A DNA stretch of 51,275 nucleotides, counting the filler, from Sphacelaria rigidula (lineage: Eukaryota), in assembly GCA_964200075.2 (NCBI GenBank). It is 3 parts of 3 records of this genome, joined end to end, with 100 filler letters (N's around TTAATTAATTAA, not from the genome) between each part and the next. Parts side by side here need not be neighbours in the genome. Positions count along the whole stretch, not along the records: positions 1 to 17,029 come from CAXNAA020001183.1; 2 more parts are not named here. One strand, given 5' to 3'. Below the pieces are notes generated by a model. It had not been told where the DNA came from. It was given only the letters and a program-made list of their open reading frames with translations, and did no database searches. Numbering within the stretch: the stretch's first letter is position 1; each line of letters begins with the position of its first letter. The position numbers were made by a program, and so were the translations under genes. This document shows, in pieces, positions 1 through 13,900 of this stretch.

Positions 1-320
1 TTAGTATACTCCTCCCATCCTACCGTACTTTTGCTCGACATCCATCTCGCGCGGGCCTCTCTCCTTACTCTGATAGCCTATTTTTATTCCTCATCCCACC
101 AGTTTACTGCTCAACTGCATACTATCAGTTTCCTCCCTATGACTTCACTCGCTGTGTTATTAACCAGCTGCTCTGATCCTTCTACAATCTTCGCCCCTGC
201 CCGATTTTTTTCCATTTCGGTATCAGCTGTACCTACGCGTTCCAACATCTCGGAAATTTTGACTGCATTTTTGGCCATCTCCTCTTGGAACTCTTGCCGT
301 GTTTTTCTCCATATCCAGCC
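1..320 (-). pseudogene. Decayed non-LTR retrotransposon (LINE) ORF2 fragment, region between endonuclease and RT
   Basis: Reading through the 111..470 ORF stop in the same frame gives ...LVNNTASEVIGRKLIVCS*AVNWWDEE*K*AIRVRREARARWMSSKSTVGWEEYT. This is the typical 'WW.EE...AIR.RR.A' linker of APE-type LINE ORF2, with three in-frame stops. It runs off the contig start. Confidence 0.7.
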
Positions 321-492
321 GGACCAGGGGTGTAGTCGCCAGAGAGAGGAAAAGCGACGAAACTGCGGTAGGATGCGTTTCTTCAATGCTTCCCCAATTT
401 CCATGCCGCCATCGTGACACACAGTGCAAGGGTACATCTGGCCATGGATGGTATCCCAACGCAATTTCAAGATGTGTGAGTGGCTCTGGTTA

Positions 493-561
493 CCACGGCT
501 GGATCATGACTACCTGGGTGGTCAATCAAAGTGCGACAATCAATCAATCAATCAATCAATC
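493..561 (+). mobile_element. 3' end of (CAAT)n-tailed retroposon, family A, short copy
   Basis: CCACGGCTGGA...GTGCGA(CAAT)n, the same terminus as the copies ending near 2390, 9920 and 10768 and the minus copy at 6424. Flanks GGCTCTGGTTAC / GGTCTGGTGTAC resemble a decayed TSD. Confidence 0.7.
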
Positions 562-1595
562 GGTCTGGTGTACAGCTACGGTACACCTCTCCACGCCGTG
601 ACCGGGATCCTCTCCCCTCGGTGTTTCAGCGGCCGAGCTGAAGAAGATACGACAAAAAATTCTACAAAATACGCACTCCGCCGGGTAAATAAAACGCGCG
701 AGCTCTTGTGGAAATAACTGATGCCGATAAAGCGGTGACGAAACGCCGTTTGTTAGCGTATGCGTCCCGGTGCATCATCGCCTGCGCGGTAGCGCAGTGT
801 GGATTGTCTTCGATCGCGCTTGAAAAGGTCACAAATGGGAAAGGGCTTTCCGCCTCCTACGGCCGGCGCAGTATCTCGTGGCAGGTACGACGAAGCATCA
901 ATCACCCGTTTGTGCATTGTCACCAATGCGATCAGGAGATGACTACTCAAAGGCCTAGCTATACTGTAGAGGTCCTCTGTAGTATCATATCGGTGACTGC
1001 GTGGCCAACTGCTTTCTTCAGTCCAGGAACTACCGCGCGTCAGTTTTTCGGGGGGAGGCGGCGACAAAATGACTCCAGTAACATGCAATATCCACGCCGA
1101 ATCGGCATCCCTTTTCAGTTAGCTTTGCAAGGACCAAAGTGCGCGGAATGAAATGATGCCCGAGCAGATACATGATGGTCAGAGTATGTGGCTCTTGCTG
1201 CGGTTCTGCGATTCCATCGATTCTACGACAAGTATAATGAACATTTCCAAGGTTGTGTTCTGTAGGGTATTCTGGCTGAAATTCGGATATTTATAGCAGA
1301 ATATAAGACGTGTTTTTTTATCTGGAAATACCCCACCGGACAATATCGGCGTGTTCGGAGCATGGCTCCATACACTGCCGAATCATACCGGGATGTTCGG
1401 TGCACATTCGGGTATAAATTTGGATGCCAACCGAAAACCCCCTACCTACGGATATACCCGGGTACAGAACACACCTTTCAAACTTCGTTTCTGGCTTCAA
1501 GTCACACAAGTTTGAACACTCTTCTAGCAGGACGTAGTATGTTTTGCCGAACCACGTATCCCGGACACTCACTCCCGAAACGCTCGAAATCTCAC

Positions 1596-1736
1596 CGCCA
1601 TCCTATCTCCTCCAGCAGGCGTCTGCCTTCGTCTGATACCTTGGGTAAAACGAATGCTATTGGCTCGCACGCGTAGATGGACACGCTGCATACCCTTCGG
1701 ATGGATCGCAACAGGACCTCCGCGGCATCCAAAAAG
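1596..1736 (-). CDS. GT8-like glycosyltransferase exon 3
   Basis: Acceptor TTCGCCTTCAG|, donor CG|GTGAGA; 141 nt, phase 2/2; encodes FLDAAEVLLRSIRR...LLEEIGWR. Confidence 0.78.
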
Positions 1737-3964
1737 CTGAAGGCGAAGGAGAAAGAAGCAGCAGTAGGGCCCACGGTCGACATAAAAAACGGAAGTCAAA
1801 GAGTAAGCGAATGCAAGGCACGAAACGGTCGATGATTATCCGCTCACCCATGGACAAAACTAGCGACTCAACGGCAGTTGGGAAAATGCGAAAGAAGGGT
1901 AAACCAACGAGGAAAGCGGACGAAAGGGGGCAGCGACGTCTTGTGCATGCACTGATGACGGGACGGATATACATATATCGAGCGGGGCAGGAGGTGAGCT
2001 GTCAGGAAACAAACATGACCGCCGACAAAATCAGGACGAAACGTGTATCGCTTCCCTCCGTCGCCCCTCTTACAAGCATCGTGAGCGGTATATAGGAAGC
2101 TCACGAGAGATAGATGCATACTTCAGGGAAGTGCGGGCACTCTTTGTAGTATATCTCGATTCACGCTGCTCTTCCTTCCCCCCGTGTGCCTTTTTGAGAT
2201 GCAGCGGCTGAATGTAGCTTTTAGCGCAAACGGTGGAAGCTGTTTTTCGTTTCGTTCAAAGATAAACTCATCAATATCGTGTTTCATTTTCGTTTTTCTT
2301 GGGTACGTACGTCTATCTTGAGACCACGGCTGGACCCCTGGGGGGTCAGTTAAAGTGCGACAATCAACCAATCAATCAATCAATCGATCAATATTGCCCT
2401 ATGCCCGCCATGGACTCCACCGACGGATACCCATGGGTCACACGAATACAACAGGTTGGTGAGATACACCCATGGATCACACAAACAAGAAAGACTGCTA
2501 CACATGATACTGCACCACGTGGCGGTACGGCCCTCCACCTCCCCATGGCCGCGCATAGGGAACAGGAACGACAGCTGGTGATGCATGACACACCCCAGAG
2601 CAGGGATTAGCATGTGCCTATGGCGACGCAGATGGCGTAGTCCTGTACTCCGTTCTGTACAGCATCACCATGAGATGGTAAAATTGTGGTGCGTTTGACT
2701 TGGCTTTTTTGCCCACTAGGTACTACACTGTACTGTACTATCCTGGACACTTCGTTGAGTAGCTCGGCGAAAGAGAAGGCATCTGCGACCCCGTCCAGTG
2801 GTTTGATCCTAGAATGTCAGTCGGCCATGGCGGCCCACCAACCGGCAAGCAATCTTCGCGCCTTGGCCAATTTTTTAGTTTCATTGTCCCGCCGTTGGGG
2901 GAATCTTGAAACGTAGGTCAGGCTGGACTATGAAGCAGATGCTTACCCGCGTCATGGTTTTGACCGCTTCCCTTCCTCGGGACAACTCCATTGTCCCGAG
3001 GAGTCAACAAACATGCCTGACATCTCTTGGTACCTCGGATTAGATCAACACTCCCGCGCCGCATTGAGTTTCGTCTAATTTCCTTCGATGCTCACTTCCT
3101 CATATTTTAAAAACGGAAACCAGATACTCCTGATAATAAAAAAGCGAATAGTATTGTGCATCTTTTGGGGTTTGACGTCACAGCTCCGCCCTAGCAGGTT
3201 GCGCGATTTATTCGTTAGACCACCGGGGCGTAGGGGTCGGTATCGACGAACGGGGAGGTAGGGGGTGTTATTCACCGTTACAACTATTATCTCCGGCGCC
3301 AAAATATCATCTTTCCCGTACAAAAGATTGAAGGTGCACTGCACCACATTGGTTGCATCATGCAGTGATGGTCCAGTCAAACGGTCTCCTCAGAGGCTGT
3401 GAACTTGACCGTGCTCAGTTTCGTATCTCACCAGAAACATGCTTGTTGTGGATATCCTCGAGATTACATTTTTGTGGAGTGTACAAGTTTCCGCAGGCCT
3501 TACAATATGGAAGAGCCATGTTTGTCAAGGATTCACTTGGGTTGATTTTGGACCTGTTAATTCCTGGACACTCAGCTCTGGAAGCAGTTGATAGATTGGT
3601 TGTTGCGCATTGCTATAACTAATCGTCGAGGGATCCAGCCGTGGGTCATTTTCCACAGGATGGGCGTATCAAGGTGATCAAAATGCCAACGCTCGCCGAA
3701 GAAGACAAATGGGGAGGGGGGGGGGAGATGGAGTAAACAAATGCAGTGAACTGCAGCAAAAAGAACCAAAACAAACGAAACAATAAAAAACGAAACAAAA
3801 CCAAAACCAAGCCTAAACTAGCAATAATAGTAACAAAAATTCAAATAAAATGGAATGGAATAAACTCAAGTCGAATGACATGAAATAAAACAAAATTAAA
3901 TACTTCCAAAACAATAAAATACAACTAATAGTGATACTCACATTAAATGACATGATACTCCTCG

Positions 3965-4019
<55 letters not shown>

Positions 4020-5560
4020 CGACGACGACGACGACGACGACAACGAGAAAAAACTAGATACGGCCGGCCCCTGCAGCATGGCCCCTGCAGCATGACTTCA
4101 GGTTCAAGAATGACCGTGCGCACGCAGCGCGCATGAATTCATACACCATACAATAAGAAAAAAAAGCAGAAAGGCTAGAGAAAGAGGGGGGGGGGGAGGG
4201 AGAGAGGGATAAAGATGGAGAAAGAAATAGCAAACAGGACGGAAGCGATGAAACCCCAGGACACAGCAGAGCATGTACAAAAGCACAACCAGGGAACACA
4301 GTGGGACCACAGGCCAAGGAAAACGTCAACAACCGATGGGAAAACATAGAGGTGGATCCGTTTCCGTGTCACCCCAGCTTCCCCGACTTATCCCCATGTC
4401 GTGTAAAAAACGGGACAGTCTCTAGACCTGGATCCAGGTCCCAAGTCAGGTCCTGGTCACGTATAATGTACGTAGAAACTCCATCAATTGAATCAGATGC
4501 TCATGATTGTGTACCAGGCGAGGCAGACCATCAACAACATCGCACAGACGGTGACGATGACCTCATAGCCATGTCGCTATGGTCTCAGAGCGGAACCGGA
4601 TGATTATACTTGTTTTTTTCAACGGTAAGAAAAAGCCGATCGATAAACTCATAAAACTGTGAACGGTCACGATCAGGGGTACCTGAGCACTCTTCAGATC
4701 TTTTCAGGTGCAAGCTCCGCAGCAATATCAACTGCCCCATATATATACAGTCATCCCATTGGCCGAGAAGGTCAACTCCGGCGATTTTACTGATCCGACA
4801 AACCGAAACACCTTACCGCGATAGTAAATGACGCAGCTATGCCCTACATTGGTCATATTCCCCTATTAATAGTTGTACCCCAAACCTAAGGCGTGCTTGA
4901 AAGTGGCGAGGTACAAGTACCGGAATTTCGCCCTACAACCGTGAAATTACACCCGCATGTGCGAACGTCCACATAGTTTGTCGAGCACGATTTGTAATTT
5001 CGCAAGTGCTGCAAATGCGGGATCCGAGCACGCCTCGTGATTGTCACATTGCGGAATCTCGCTCCACAGCTTTGGACGATGTACCTACCCCGCAGACGAA
5101 AAAAGAGGAACCAGGAGCGACTCTTTCGCCGCGCATGTTCATTTGAAGTAAGGGACGACGGATACGGATTTTGCACAAGCACTGTTTTCGGGTATTATTT
5201 CTGACCTTGATGGCCCTTCATCCAAATGTGTCAGAGAGATGACGTACGCTACCACTGGCGCGTCGTCAGGCGCCCCTCGCTTGAAATCCACCGTGCCATC
5301 CGCAAACGCGCTTGCGGGCTGGAAACTCTCCCTAGGTGAACAGCGTCGAAAAGAGGCAACACGAAATTCGAGAAGCAAGGGGTCGTCGGCGTGTTGGCCA
5401 TGCGATGTGACACCTTGATGCAACCGGAGGCTACAGGAAGAGCAAACGAAAACACACACGACAAACGGTGGGTGTTGTGTGACAGTCGAGCAGCGCCGCT
5501 TCGCAACCGCTGGGCGTCTGTCTCTCGCTCTCGAAACCCTCACCACCCCGCATCGAAGCA

Positions 5561-5596
<36 letters not shown>

Positions 5597-7824
5597 GCGA
5601 CCAACGATCGACCAACGAATTGAGAGACGATTAATCTTTAATACGGGGAAACGGGGGATGGTTTACGGGAAATATATATTGTATGATGTCGCATGTACAT
5701 CACACTCACCAATGCCTCATCCATCGCCTTCACAAGTTGACAAAACAACTTCCGCTTTTGGGCGTTCGAGGTCTGGGCCTAATTTGCTTCCGACTCGAGT
5801 TCTAGTTGCGACACTTTCTACCATAGCCCCCCCCCCAAAAAGGGCATGGTTTCGGAAGGCAAAATCTTCACATAAATCGAAATGGGAAAAGCCGAGCACA
5901 ACGAGCAGCTGGGAATTCCCACGCATGGATTCGTTTTCGCCAATGTCGCCAATATGAGGCGCTTCATGCGGCCGGAACCCCAGCATCAGGTGCTGTATGG
6001 CCATTTTTTTGTGACACTTCTGGGCTGATTTTGGGAGGGGCTATCGTAGAAAGTGTCTTGCGTGCGCAGGCAAAAACCGAACGCGTGTTGGAATTCTCTC
6101 AGACAGGGAAGCAAGGCGTTTTGAGGCGGCTAAAAAATGCCTTGACCGTTTCAAGCCTTCCCCGCAGAAAACATCGTCGAACGGAGGGTCAGCACAGCCA
6201 TTCAGAAAAAGCAAAAATGTACCTCTTGACACACAACCAGCGTCATTATGTTTATCGCTTCTTGCCGCTTCTTGCGTATACATAGCTGGCATGATCATCC
6301 ATCTCCTCGCGGTCTGTTCGCCCCCCCCCTGTGTGTATACTGGCACCTCATGATAGTCGTGCAGTGTGTTTGTGCAATGTCACGTCCTCCGCTAGCGCCC
6401 GTGCAGCTATTATAGGAGCATCTTGATTATTTGATAGAGTGTCGCACTTCAACTGATCCCTAAGGGACCCAGCCATGGTCACATGATAGACGTACGCGAG
6501 ATAAAATAAAAACGCGGACACACTCGCTGGAGAAAATTGAAGGAAACAGAGAGGTAGAATAGACACAGATTAGACAAAAAAAATAAAACATGAGAGAGAG
6601 AAAAACGATCACACCCTGGACGATACATGGTCAATAGATGCAATAGACAAAAAAAAATCCACTGGGTAGCCTATTGCATCTATTGTCGGCCAACGATAGT
6701 TGCAATAGGCCCATAATTTACCTGGTACGTTTTTCGTCAAGTGCATTTTTGGACCATATGCTGTCCAGGGTGTGGGAACGATAGAAAAGAAACAAGAGAA
6801 GATCAGAAATAATACAACGTACAGCAAAATCAAGGCAGTAATAATGTTCGCCTTGGCGAACACAGACTCGAAATGACTTACGAGTTGGGCCCGCTGATAG
6901 TGGTTTTTGAATGAATAGTGGAGATGCGATTGGTGATTCGAAGAGTTAGGCGCTAAAATTCAGACACGACATTTTCATCATCATTCCGCGCAACCCTGTA
7001 AGGGTGCAGAGGGGAAAAAAAAGCAGGAGGTTAGAGTGAGTTGAAGTTTCAGCAAAAACAAGAAAAATGCTATAACTTCTTTAAAATTGATGAAAAACGG
7101 CAACAACACTCCAACACATACGGGCACGCGCGTCAACGACATCCTAGTGAAGTTTCGGCCAAAAGTACCTCAAATTGGGCCCCGCGTCGCGCTTTCCGTG
7201 TGACACGGCCGCGCCCCTTTAATCCAACAGTGTTGCGCCAAAAAAAAAAACATTTTTTCGGAACAGAATTTGACCGCTTTTCCCCCTTGTGCGTACTACT
7301 GCAACGCGCAGAACCAGAGATAGTGATGTAGAACTGTTGACTGTGGTTCTCACAATATATGGCCGAAGTTACAGCACATTTCAGCATCTACAGGGCGCGT
7401 AGGGCCGTGCGTCATGGACTGCGCACCTCTGCAGACGATATGCCGATCGGTACACTATCGATGGTCATGATCCAGAAAGGGTCATCGGTGTCAGTTTACT
7501 ACAATATCAGGCGCCCAGCCGCTCAAGATGTCGAAATTAGTGGGCGTGCACGTGCACATATGCAGTCATCTCTCGTGCACGAAGTCTGGACTATAGGATA
7601 GCCGCTTTGAGGGCGCATCGACGGCATTCCCCGAAATTGCTTGTGGCCATGTTAGTAATTTGTGCGGGGCCCAATCGTGCGGGCGCTTGGCGAATATGTT
7701 GCCTGTGTTGTGTCCGACTCGTGCGCAAAGTTTCATGAGGGAACGCGACGTCGATATTACGGGTTCGGGGTATTTCAGATAGATTCTCAAAATAGGAATC
7801 CCGGAAAATGCATATTATGATCAA

Positions 7825-7893
<69 letters not shown>

Positions 7894-7943
7894 CACTACT
7901 ACTACTACTACTCTATAGTATTAGCAGCAGTAGCAGCAGTAGT

Positions 7944-7981
<38 letters not shown>

Positions 7982-10900
7982 TAGTGCAACTATTTCTGCA
8001 CATTAGCCCGATCTCTCGAACCCACGCCATCAAAATGGTAGCAGTGTAAAGCTTGCGGCCGAATCGGGTAAAGTTCGGCTTCGCAAACGCCCAGTAAAGT
8101 TTCAGCAATTGGACTGACGGGTCCCGTCCAATCCATGTGAGCTTAGACCAGCATGCACGCCAATACTGCGTCGCTTTTAGTCGGCTGTTGGAAGTATATT
8201 GCGTTCAAGGCCTCACCACGAGTCGAAAACGTCAGCGCATTCCTCCCGCACTGGCAGACGGTAGGGGTATATCGGGGGTTTACAACCGTGTTTCGGTTTT
8301 ACCGTGTCCGCCTGAGGTCGTTACTGTAAAAAAGACAAAACCATTTACCGCCGAAAAATGGCCGTCAAGGCGTATTACCTACCGCCGAAAAAATACCGTG
8401 ATAATATCAGCAACGAACTTTCACCTATATAATGTTATCATTACTATCATTCCCGCACATTAGTCCGAGCTCTCGAGCCGGTGATCACAAACGTAAGCTC
8501 GTCATTCCGATACCGTCCCTGCTACTACTGCTTGCAAGACAAGGCTTAGAGTTCTCATCGTTTCTTCTGAGACTTCAGGCAAAACAAAGAAACAAAACAA
8601 TGAAAAAAAGTACACCGAATAGCTACCGCCATATGGCAATACTGCTGAAAAACGTACTGCCATACCTCGACATTCTCTTTAGTTGGCGAAGCATCGCTGC
8701 CAACCGACGCCAAACCTCAGAGAGGGGGGGGAGGGGGGCGGGGGGGGTCCTACCTTTTGTTTTTTGGGTACCCGTATGTGGCATGCCCCTGCCCTGTTTG
8801 CACTTACAACGGTTACACTTACTGATGTACAATATTTGAGGGTTTGGGGGGCTTAGGGTCGAAGCTTAAAGAAGTAGGGCGGCGCGTGCACTGCGTCAAT
8901 TTGACAGGCAATTTGACACGGGGTTTTAGTGCATTCGCCCCCAACTTGCCTCGAGCTATCGAATGCTCGAGGCGCATACCCTACATGAATACCGCGAGGC
9001 GGTCTAGACGAATCTTCGAGTAATCGGCACAGCAACCCGCTCGCGGGGTAAACGTTGTGCGAGGTATCGAACTTCCTTCAAGGGAAAATAAATATATGTA
9101 TAGTTTGGTGGGGGGGTGTACTCATGATCATGCATGCCATAGTCATCAGACCATTGACCTCGCATCCCTACAAAGCCGGGACGGAGCATGCCGGGTTTTC
9201 GCCGGAACAGGCTCGCACTCAATCACCAAGCGCGAAGCGCCGTGATGCCGTGATTTATTCGGCGAGTGGGATGAAGAGTGAGCTGCATCCTGATGATATT
9301 GTTCGGCCCGAAGCCTACTGATCATCTTGCATTTGGATGGCAACCTAGAACGAGTTGCTTCATTATCTGGTATCGCCACTTCCAGAGACAGCCACGGCTT
9401 ATACACTGCCTCAGGAGGGGGAGGAGTACTGCATCTGGGGCATACTATATCGGGCAGGAGTGATGTCGCGATGCCCACCCACACCCCCTCCGAAAAGTGA
9501 CTGGTTCGAGGTGGAAAAATCTATATCTGAACCAAACTGACAAAAGTCGAGCACACCGAGCGGCCAGGAACTCCCATGTTCGAGATCGTTTTCGCCAATG
9601 CTGCCCGTGTCTGTATTTACTCTCCTGCCCTGAATTCCTTGGGCTTTTTCTTCTTCTATTTTTGTTTTGCTGCTTTTTTTCTTCTTCTCCATTTTTTTTG
9701 TTCTAGATAGACCATTTCGTTATGTGCTTAGCCTTTCTCGACGTTTTATCCATTCCCTTTGTTTACATCTTGGTCTACTATGTCGTTCTGTTCGACTTTG
9801 TTTCTATTCATTCTTTTCTTCAGTGAGTGTTTCAGTTTTGTTTTGTCTTGGGTACGTCTATCATGTGACCACGGCTGGATCATGACTCCTGGGGGGTCGG
9901 CTGATGTGCGACAATCGATCAAAATAAAATTAAAAAAAGGCGCTTCAGGCAGTCTGAAATCAGCCATCATGCGCTGTATGGCCACTTTCACCGTGAAACA
10001 GACTACCTTCGAAAATGAGTTTGAACATTAAAGTGAGTTTCAGCTCCAAAACAGTGTTTTCTTTGACGTGAAGTTATGACGTCGGACTTTCATACGGGCG
10101 TAGGTCCGGGGGTTATCCGTCTTCCCATTCTTCCAGAGGGTATGTGATAAAGCACCGCTGAATACAATACATATTGTGAAGAAACAAGAAGATTCTTGAA
10201 GTTTGCCCTTTCAATCTCGCAGAAAAGCTCTAGTCATCCTCAAGCTCGGTAGTGTGGTAGATACGGATGCTACAAATGGGAAAAGCATACATTTGACGAA
10301 TCTCTACCAGCCTCCGGGGGTCCTAGCGTGAAGACCCCAGAAGCCGGTGCAAATTTCCTCAAAACAAGAATTCAAATCTAACTCGCCCAGAGGTAGTCCG
10401 AGGAACTTTAGTGAAAAGATTGGTGGCATAACACGAAAATCTGATCCCGGACGGTCGATGCGGGCTCAAGCTCACATGGAAAGTGTCGGGTAGAATACTA
10501 CAATCAAGTAATCAGGTTCCTCTTATTTTCCTTTTTTTTTTAGATCGGCCATTTCTTTCTGTGGTTTGCTTTTGTTGGCTTTTTTATTCTTATTTTTTGT
10601 CACGTCTTTGTCTACTATGTCGTTCTTTTCGATTTTTTTTTCTTCTGTCCCTTCTTTTCTTCAGCGAGTGTTTCAGTTTCGTTCTTCTTGGGCATGTCCA
10701 TCATGACACCACGGCTGGACCCCTGGGGGTAAGCTAAAGTGCGACAATCAATCAATCATCAATCGATCAGGGGATTCTGCGTGCATTTGTATACTTCAAC
10801 GCATAAACGGGCGATTCTTCACGCCGGTTCTTCGAGTTAGACCCTGAAATATTGCACATGTGTGCTCTTGACATATTCCAGTACTCTATACGATTTTTTT

Positions 10901-13900
10901 TTGTGTTTTTTTTATATTTTCGCCTGACACCTGGGGCATCATGAGGCGGTGTGAAGCTGAAATTTTGCACACGTGTGCTCTGGAACATTTAGAAACCTTT
11001 CCTCATTTTTTTTCCGCCATATATCCGGGGTCCCAAGAGGCGGTGTGAACCTGAAGTTTTGCACAAATATGATTTGAAAGATCTGGCGAAGACATGAATA
11101 TTTGAAGTCCCATTCATACAAAGGTTGTAAATATCTCAGAGCATAGGTGTCCAAAATTCAGGGTTTAAGACCAACTGTTATGGGGGCCGTCCAAACTTGA
11201 TTTTTGGAGATTTTGAACTGAGAAAAAAAATATCCATATGCCATAAAATCGGAGTTGTACATGAAAACGTTTGCATGGCATAGGAGTTGTGCGCCTGCAC
11301 AACAGCATGCGAAGAACATATTAGGGATGCACAGGCATCACACGACTTTTCCAGCCCCATTTCTGGATAGGTCGGACCAGCAGCAGTCAGCAGCAACTTA
11401 TGCAATCTTAGCTGAGATCACACCGTGTTAGTGAGATTCAAACGCACTACAGTCAGCACACCACCAACTACAGCGTAGGAAATATGAGGGTGGGCACAAA
11501 TCACATTGTTGGCGTTACAGACGACACAGCGCATCCAATACACCATGATAGTGACGTTTCAGCAGTGTCAAGACCTGTGCACCGACCAGGACACAACAGC
11601 ACAGCATTTCACGCAATACTCTCAGCGCACATCAATTTGGATCCCTTCCTGTTTCGTTTCGCGTGTTGAGTGGACCAATGGGCCCTGCCTCCAGTAGCCC
11701 GAATGGTCGCATACGGCATCGGAACTTGGGGAAGCTCGCAGTATTTTTTCCCCTCCCTCTTCTAAAAGTCGCATGCATGGTATCATACTGACCGCAATGA
11801 ACAGACGAAGAGGGTGACATGGCCGGACTTTTTTTCAAGGCTATAGCGGTGGCGCTATAGACAAAAATGTGTCTCGACCAATCAGCGCCTTTCAAACTGT
11901 TCCGAAATTGAAAATACGAATTCCAAGCCCAATTTCCACCGAATCCCCACTTGCTTCAAATAGTAGTGGCCGTCATCACCTCAAGAATCTAACGGGAGAA
12001 TAGGATAAGAAAACGGTTCCAACGGGGTCGAATTATACCCGAAACCGTGATGTTCCGGTGATGTGGAATTTGGCGTCGTCTAATTTCCACTCATGATACG
12101 CAGGAAAGACTCAGGGAGCCTCGTGACGATTTCCCATATATCTGTTGTAGAAAAGCTCAGATCATCCTCAAACTTGGCAGTTCCGTAGATATTGATGCTC
12201 CAAACGGAAAAATTGTGTTCTTGGCAAGGGTTCAAAGTTTCTCCGTTCTCTGCCGGCTTCCGGGGGTTCCAGTACAAAGACCCCCGAAAGGCGGTACAGA
12301 ATGACTAAAAAAATAAAATAATAACACGATGCGTCCGAGGCGGTCCAAGATACACATGTACAATTTTTGGTGGAGAAACTCGAAAATCTCATACAATTTC
12401 TGTTCCCTTGACGTAAAATTCACCGCAAAATACGTTTTCATACTCAAACCAAGTAGTTAGGAGTTTGCACGTTTTACGCTCACATCCTCGCACATACGCG
12501 CAATCTTGATGCATTTATTAGGAGTTAGACCCCGAAACTTTGCACAAATGTGCTGTAAATCATGCACAAGTTACGATCAACGAGTTTTCTCTATTTCTTG
12601 AATTGTTTACCGTTTTTCGGGGGTCCGACGGGATCCAAGTCGTTTTTTTCGAGGTCATCCATTCTGGGACCCCGGAAAACCCCCGGAAAACCGGCACGAA
12701 CGTTTTTTTTCTCCATTTTTTTCGCAAACGCTCTGATGCCGCACATCCAAGGAATAGCTCCACAAAGTTTTATGGCCAAACTCGTTTAACTGGTGCTTAG
12801 ATTTCCATGTTCACGCCGAAAAAGGCCCCAAAACGCCATTTTCATACCAAAATCTAGTAGTTTGCCGTTTTACCGTGGCACGGCAAGGTTCATCGCACAA
12901 ACGCGAAAAACTTCACGCTGTTTGAAGGAGTTAGACCCTGAAATTTCGCTTAGGTGTTCTATGGGTTATTGCGCAACTTTGCAAGGACAAGATTCTTTTT
13001 ATTTTTTTGTTTGTTACCGTTTTACGGGAGTCCGGCTGGATCGAGGTTTCCCGAAAAAACTGGGACCCCGAACAAACCGTGAAAAATTCAAAAAATATGA
13101 AGACCTCGTCCTTGCAAAGTTGCATAATGACCCACAGAACACCTGTGCAAAATTGCAGGGTCTAACTCCTTAAAACGGCGTGAAGTTTTGCCGATGAGTG
13201 TATTTGGGTTTTTTTCCGTGAACCAGCCTGTAGTGGAAGCCGTTCAAAATTCCTGTCGAAAACTGCATTTTGGGCCCTTCTCGATCGCTTTACGCTCGAA
13301 AAGAGGGCTAGGCAGATGTTGACGCCTTGGAACTGACTTGCTCTACTCGTTGAGACCGTTCTACGGCAACTCTGCATTTCCCGCCGGCCGCACTTTGGTT
13401 TTGACCAAATGAGGCCAAACACGAATCTTCAGTAAGAAACGGTCAGGTGATCAAAATCTCACTCAGTATTTTGATCGCTTGACCGTTGTTCATTGAAGAT
13501 CAGTGTTTGGCCAAAAACCAAAGTTCGGCCAGCGGGAAATGCTAAGTTGCCCTGGAACGGTCTCATTGAGTAGAGCAAGTCATTCCAAGGCGTCAATCTC
13601 CGCCTGCTGTAGCCTTTTCTGAAAGCGTAAAACGACGGAGAAGGGCGAAAAAGGCAGTTTTAAAAAGGGATTTTGAACGGCTCTCACTAGAGTCGATCTT
13701 CGGACGTCATTTTTAGATCGAAAAAGTGCGGTGGAAAAGAAAAATTCCGCTCTGGTAGGTCGCCATTTCAAAATAAATTACGTGGGCATGTACGATGACC
13801 TATCAAATCAGATTTTTTCATCCCCACCGCGCCGTTTCGATCGAAAACCAGTTCGCCGAGACACGGCCTATCAGTCCGGAAAAACGGCGTGACAATTCGC

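Noticed and set aside
1647..1693. Short internal intron in GT8 exon 3 (GTATGC...CCAAG)
   Set aside because: The segment is open in frame and encodes the expected hydrophobic strand (PIAFVLP), so it was kept as coding.
9280..9340. Hammerhead ribozyme in family L (CTGATGA)
   Set aside because: CTGATGA is not at the same position in the three copies, and no GAAA / stem II arrangement follows.
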